This document shows, in pieces, positions 57,558 to 64,000 of a DNA stretch of 64,000 nt. The translations under genes and the position numbers were made by a program. The notes under the pieces were generated by a model. That model ran no database searches, was not told the DNA's origin, and was given only the letters and a program-made list of their open reading frames with translations. Position 1 is the stretch's first letter. Every line of letters begins with the position of its first letter. The stretch is from the NCBI RefSeq assembly GCF_009914755.1, contig NC_060934.1. One strand, given 5' to 3'. This DNA comes from the human T2T-CHM13v2.0 reference genome, Homo sapiens.

Positions 57558-60102
57558 CCTGCTGAGACAGCCTGAGCTGTCCATCCTTCCTAGGCATAGA
57601 TCATGGTGCATCAGGACTCTCTTTGCTCCATACCCAGGCAGATCTCCAGGCACTCAGAGTACCAGCTTGCCTAAATCATCAGGCTGAGCTTCCCTACCCT
57701 TTCTGTGCATAGATTGTGGTGTAGCAGGCCCTCTCCACTCCACGCTTGGGCAGATTTCCAGGTATTCAAAGTACATGTTTGCTCAGATTGACAGCCTGAG
57801 CCACCCCACACTTTCTCTGCAGGGATCCAGGTATGTAGAGGAGCCTCTCTGCTTCATGCCTAGGCAGATCACCCAGCATCTGGAGTACCCAGTCCCCTGG
57901 ATTAGGAGTTTAGGCCACCCCAAATCTGTGTGTAGAGAATTTGAGGACAAGAAAGCTTCCCAGCTCCATATCTAGGCACACCTCTTGGTGTTTAGTACCC
58001 ACTCACTGGATTATGCTTCAGCACCGGTGCTCATGCCTGCCCTTAGGGAATTATAGGCAAACCTGCCAGTCTGGACCTGCCCATCTTGCTCCCAACACCT
58101 CTAGGGCTGAGGAGGGAGCTCAGAGCATTTTGCACTACAAGAATAAGCCCATTGCCTGAGGCAAGAAAGAGCTTCTGCTAGTAAACAAGGATGAAGTATA
58201 CACCCATCGGTATTGGTCATACACACCATCTACAGGCTTGTAGGTGGAACTGAACCGCCCAATATGAAACCTGCTGACAGAAAGGTGTAGGAGTACACAA
58301 GTTAAGCCAAAAGACCTTACCCAGCATTCTCTAAAGTCACACTCCCTAGGGAAAAATAGATGGGAAAGGGAAAGGGAAAGAAAAAAAAATCAATAGTATT
58401 ATAGGGAAAGAAAAGAAAAATTATATCTGCACAAATATAATTACAAAAATTTGAAGTATCAATGCTTCAAGATGAGAAAGAACCAGTGTAAGAATTCTAG
58501 CACCATGAAAATTCAAAATGTAGTGATACCATCAACATACCGTACTAGTTCTCCAGCTATGGTCCCCAGCAAAGTGGAAACTTGGAAATGACAGATAAAG
58601 AATTTGAAGTGTGGATTGCAAGGAAGCTCAATAAGATCCAAGATGAGGTTGAAAATTAACACAAAGAAACTTTTTAAAGCAATCCAGAGAATGAAGGAAG
58701 AGATAAACATCTTTAAAATATCAATCAGAGATTCTGGAATTAAAAAACTAATTTAATTTCAAAACACAACTGGAAGCTTCACCAATAAACTGGACTAAGT
58801 AGAGGAAAGAATTTCAGATCTTGAAGACCAGTCTTTTGAATTGACCCAGTCGGAAAAAAATAAAGAAAAAGTAATTTTTATAAAATAAACAAAGTCTTTG
58901 AGAGATATGGGATTATGTAAAGTGGCCAAACCTAAAAATTAGTGACATTCCTGAGACTGAGAAAAAGATAACAACCTAGAAAAAATACTTGAAGTGATAA
59001 ATCAAGAAAATGTTTCAAATTTTGCTAGAGAGGTAGACATCTAGATATAAGAAATCCAGAGAACACTTGAGAGATACTATACAAAAAGGAACGTCACCAA
59101 GGCATATAATCACCAGACTATCCAAGGTCAATACTAAAGAAAAAATCTCAAAGGCAGCTAGAGAAAAAGGTCAGAAGACACACAAAGGAAATCCCAAAAG
59201 GTTAAAAGCAGACTTCTCTACATAAACCTTATTTATAAGCCGAGACAGATTGGAGGCCTATTTTCAGAATTCTTGAAGCAAAGAAATTTCAACAAAAAGT
59301 TCATATCCCACCAGGCTAAGCTTTATCACTGAAAGAGAAATAAAAATATTTTCCAGACAAACAAGCACTAAAAAAATTAATTACCATTAGGCCAGTTGTG
59401 TCAGAGACCTTTAAGAGAATTCTAAACATGGGGAAAATATAGAGCTGATACCTGCTACCACAAAAACACAAGTACAGAGCCCACAGATCTATAGCGCAAT
59501 CAAACCATAGAAAATATAAAGCAACCAGCTTACAACTTCATGATAGGATCAAAATCTTGCATATTAATATTATCCTTGAATGTGAATAGCCTAAACCCCC
59601 CACTTAAAAGGCACAGAGTGGCAAGTTGGATAGAATAACAACATCCATTCATCTGCTGTTTTCAAGATACCCATCTCACACATAATGGCATCAATAAGCT
59701 CAAAGTAAAGGGTTGAAGAAATATCTATCTTGCAGATTAAACTACAACAAAAAAGAGGAGCGGCTACTATATTAGATAAAATATATGTACTTTAAAATAT
59801 ATTTAAAATATAATATATATAACATATTAGGTAAAATATATGTATTTTAAAATATATTAAAATATAATATATAATAGATAAAAAAGACTTTAAACCAACA
59901 ACAGTAATAAAGGACAAAGAAGGGTATTACATGATGATAAAGGGTTGAATTCAACAAAAAGTCTTAACTATCCTAAATATGTATGTACCCAACACTGAAG
60001 CATCTGAATTCATAAAACAAGTACTTCTAGATCTACAAAAAGGCTTAGATAGCCACACGATAATGTTGAGGAACTTCAACAACTCACTAAAAGTGTTAGA
60101 CA

Positions 60103-60196
60103 TGTGAAATGTTAGTCAATTAAACCTCTCTTTTTTTTTTTTTAATAAATTAGCTAGTCTCAGTATCTTCATAGCAATGTGAAAATGGACTAATAA
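60103..60196 (+). mobile_element. MaLR (THE1/MST) LTR 3' fragment inside the old L1
   Basis: gtcaattaaacctctc(t)n aataaattagctagtctcagtatcttcatagcaatgtgaaaatggactaata. Confidence 0.7.
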
Positions 60197-62673
60197 ATTT
60201 ACTTTTGGGTAAACAATGAAATTAAGGCAGTAACCAAAAAATTCTTTGAAATAAATAAAAATAATAGACACAACATATAAAAATCTCTAGGATGTAGCAA
60301 AAGTGCTGTTAAGAGGAAAGTTTATAGCAGTAAACTCCTACCTCAAAAAGTTAGAAAGATCTCAAATTAATGATTTCACATCATGCCTAGAGGAGCAAGA
60401 AAAACAAGAATAAACCAACCCAAAAGTTAGCAGAGGAAAAGAAAAAATTAAAATTAGATGGAACTGAAAGAATTTGAGACCTAAAAATTCATAGGAAGAA
60501 TCAATGAAGACCAAAGTTGTGTTTTTTTTTTTTTTTGAAAAAATAAACAGGATCGGTAGACTGCTAGCTAGATTAACAAAGAAAAAAAGAGAGAGGATTC
60601 AAATAAGCACAGTCAGAAGTTATAAAAGTGACATTGCAACCAATATCATAGAAATACAAAAGAGCCTCAGAAACTATTGGGAACACATCTGTGCATACAA
60701 ACTAGAAAATCTAGAGGAAAAGATAAATTTCTGAAACACACAATCCTCCAAGAATGAATTAGAAAGAAACTGAAACCCTGAACAGACCAAAATCGAGTTC
60801 CTAAATTGAATCAGTAATAAAACACCCACCACCACCAACAACAAAAAGAGCCCCAGCCAAATTCTACCAAACATACATAGAAGAGCTGATACCAATCCTA
60901 CTGAAACTATTCCAAAAAATGGAGAAGGAGAGACTCCTCTTTAGCTCATTCAACAAAACCAGCATCATCCTGATAGGAAAACCTGGTAAAGATACAATGA
61001 AAAAAATCTCTGATACCAATATCTCTGATAAACATAGATGCAAAAATCCTCAACAAAATATTGGCAAACTGAATTTAGTGGCACATCAAAAAGTTAATTC
61101 ACTATGATCAAGTAGACTTAATTCTTGGAATGTAAGGTTGGTTTAATATAGACAAATCAATAAATATGACTCACCATATAAACAGAATTAATAACAAAAA
61201 TCATATGATTATTTCAACAGATGTGGGAAAAGCTTTTGATAAAATACAACATCCCTTCATGATAAAAACCTTCAAGAAACTATGCATCAAAGGAACATAT
61301 CTGAAAATAATAAGAGCCATCTAAGAGAAACCACAGCCAACATTATACTTGAATGGACAAAAGCTGAAACCAATCTCTACTTGAATGGGCTAAAGCTGAA
61401 ACCAATCTCCTTGAAAACTGTTACAAGGATGCCCACTCTCACCTCTCTTATTCAACATAGTACTGAAAGTCCCAGCCACAGCAATCAGGCAAAATAAATA
61501 AGTAAAAGGTATCCATCTAGACAAATAAAAAGTCAACATATATTTCTTTGCTGTTGATATGATTTTATACCCAGAAAACATAAAATACTTTACTAAAAGG
61601 CTCCTGGAACTGAGACACGACTTCAGTAATTTTTTAGGATACAAAATCATTGTATAAAAATCAATAGCATTTCTATACACCAATAACATTCAAGCTGAGA
61701 ACCAAATCAAGAACTCAACTCCATTTACAATAGCTGCAAATAAATAAATAAATAAAACACCTAGGCATGCATCTAACCAAGGAAGTGAAAGATCTCTACA
61801 AGGAGAACTATACAACACTGCTGAAAGAAATCATAGATGACACAAACAAATGGAAAAATCATTTCAATTTCATCAACTGGAAGAATGAATATCGTTAAAA
61901 TGGCCATGCTGCTCAAAGCAATCTACAGATTCAATGCTATTCCTATCAAGCAACCAACGTCATTTTTCACAGAACTAGAAAAAGAACTATTCTAAAATTC
62001 ATATGAAACCAAGAAATATCTTGAATAGACAAGCAATCCTAAGGGGGGAAAAAAAAAAAAAAAAGAAGCCAGAGGCATCATATTACTTGACTTCAAACTA
62101 CACTATAAGGCTACAGTAACACACACAGCATGATACTGGCACAAAAACAGATACACAGGCTGATGGGACAGAATAGAGAACACAGAAATAAAGCTGCACA
62201 ACTAAAACCATCTGATCTTTGACAAAGTTGACAAAAATAAGCAGTGACTCCCTATTCAGTATCTGGTGCTGTGACAGCTGGCTAGCCAAAGGCAGAAGAA
62301 TTAAACTGGACCCCTATTTTTCATCATCTAGAAAAATTAACTCAACATGAATTAAAGATTTAAATATAAGACCTCCACAATAAGAATCCTTGAAGAAAAA
62401 CCTAGGCAACATCATTCTGGACATCAGTCTTGGGAAAGACATTATAACTAAATTCTCAAAAGCAATTGCAACAGAAACAAAAATTGACAAGTGGAATCTC
62501 TAATTAAAGAGCTTCTGCATAGCAACAAACTATCAACAGAGTACATAGACAACCCACACAATGGAAGAAAATATTTGCAAACTATGAATCTAACATAGTT
62601 TTACTATCCAGGATCTATAAGGAACTTAAACAATTGAGCAAGCAAAAAGCAATCCCATTAAAAATGGGTAAAT

Positions 62674-63073
62674 GGTACGAGTTAGGTCATTCTTGAATTG
62701 CTACAAAAAAATACTTCAGACTGGGTAATTTATAAAGAAAAGAAGTTTAATTGGCTCGTGGTTCTGCAGGATATACAAGCATTGCGTTGGCATCCACTTG
62801 GCTTTGGGGTGGGGGCTCAGGGAATATTTACTCACAGTAGGAGATGAAGTGGGAACAGGTGCACGACGTGGGGAGAACAGGAGCAAGAGGGAAGTGGGAG
62901 GTGCCACACACTTTTAAATGACCAGATCTTCTGATAATGCACTATCCTGAGGACAGCTCATCATGAGGAATCTGCCCCTATTACCCAAACACCTCCCACC
63001 AGGCCCCACCTCCAACATTGGGGATTGCATTTCAACATGAGATTTGGGAAGGACAAATGCCAAAACCACATCA
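62674..63073 (-). mobile_element. MSTA-like solo LTR nested in L1 ORF2
   Basis: agactgggtaatttataaagaaaagaagtttaattggctc...cccaccaggccccacctccaacattggggatt..tttcaacatgagatttgg; L1 sequence resumes on both sides. Confidence 0.88.
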
Positions 63074-64000
63074 AAACATGAATGGACACTTCTCAAAAGA
63101 AGACATACAAGTGGCCAACCAATGTGAAAAAATGCTCAACATCATGAATAATCATAGAAATGCAAATCAAACCAAAATAAGATACTATCTCACACCAGTC
63201 AGAATGGCTATTATTAAAAAGTCAAATACAACAGATGCTGGTGAGGCTGTGGAGAAAAGGGAACACTTTATAAACTATTGGTGGGGATGTAAATTAGTTC
63301 AGCCACTGTAGAAAGCAGTTTGGAGATTTCTCAAAGAACTTAAAACATAACTAACATTTGACTCACTCATCCCGTTACTATGTACATATTCAAAAGAAAA
63401 TAAATTGTTCTACCCAAAAAGACACTTGCATTCATATGTTCATTGCAGCACTATTCACAAAGCAAGGACACGGAATCAACCTAGGTATCCACCAATGGTG
63501 GATTGAATAAATAAAATGGGGTACATATACACCATGGAATAACAGCCATAAAAAGGAATGAATGAAATTATGTCTCTTGCAGCAATGTGGATGCAGCTGG
63601 AGGCCATTATCCCAAGTGAATTAATGCAGGAACAAAAACCCAAATACCATATGTTCTTACATACAAGTAGGAGCTAAAGAATGGGTAATGATGGACATAA
63701 AGATGGCCACAATAGAAACTGAGGATTACTAGACAGGGGAGGGAGGAAGGGAGTAAAGGCTTGAGAAACTAATTATTGGGTACTATGCTCACTACCTGGG
63801 TGATTGCATCAATTGTACTTCAAACCTCAGTATCATGCAATATACCCACTGAATCTAAATAAAAGTTGAAATTATTTTTTAGATGCATTAAAGATAAATA
63901 CATTCTGGACTCTGGGTTAAAAAAAAATTAAAAGATGCTGGGAAAGAAATATATGACAATCATCAATAAATGTGATATAATCAATACTTTTATTTTATTC

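Larger units (their letters stand above)
57566..63880 (+). mobile_element. Near-full-length old LINE-1 (L1PA15/16-like), heavily mutated, with nested MaLR pieces
   Basis: Repetitive GC-richer 5'UTR (~57570-58350), ORF1 remnant (~58470-59500), ORF2 remnant from atgataggatcaaaatc (~59540), 3' end tattgggtactatgctcactacctgggtga...gaatctaaataaaagttg. Confidence 0.88.

Overview
Primate (human-like) genomic DNA containing the 3' end of the alpha-T-catenin gene CTNNA3 on the minus strand. I can see two coding exons: a penultimate 135-nt exon at 55754-55888 (too short for the ORF track) and the terminal coding exon at 9477-9764. They are separated by a ~46-kb GT-AG intron. A long AT-rich 3' UTR probably extends to a poly(A) site near 1670. 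The rest is mostly interspersed repeats: ~14 Alus (J, S, Y, Yd), a full-length but dead L1PA5/6-like element nested in an AluJ tail, an older L1PA15/16-like element, L1 3' fragments, MaLR solo LTRs, MIR/L2 relics and microsatellites. I see no evidence of a new protein-coding system. The best leads are (i) a 29-bp stem hairpin that pairs fully only on the CTNNA3-sense strand, (ii) a sense-oriented THE1 LTR with a DUX4-type motif and strong splice donor 4 kb upstream of the last exon, (iii) a 210-bp non-tandem duplication wedged between microsatellites and (iv) a possible UG-flanked cryptic poison exon. Gene identity and repeat subfamilies come from recall of known sequences, not database searches. 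Boundaries of old repeats are approximate.
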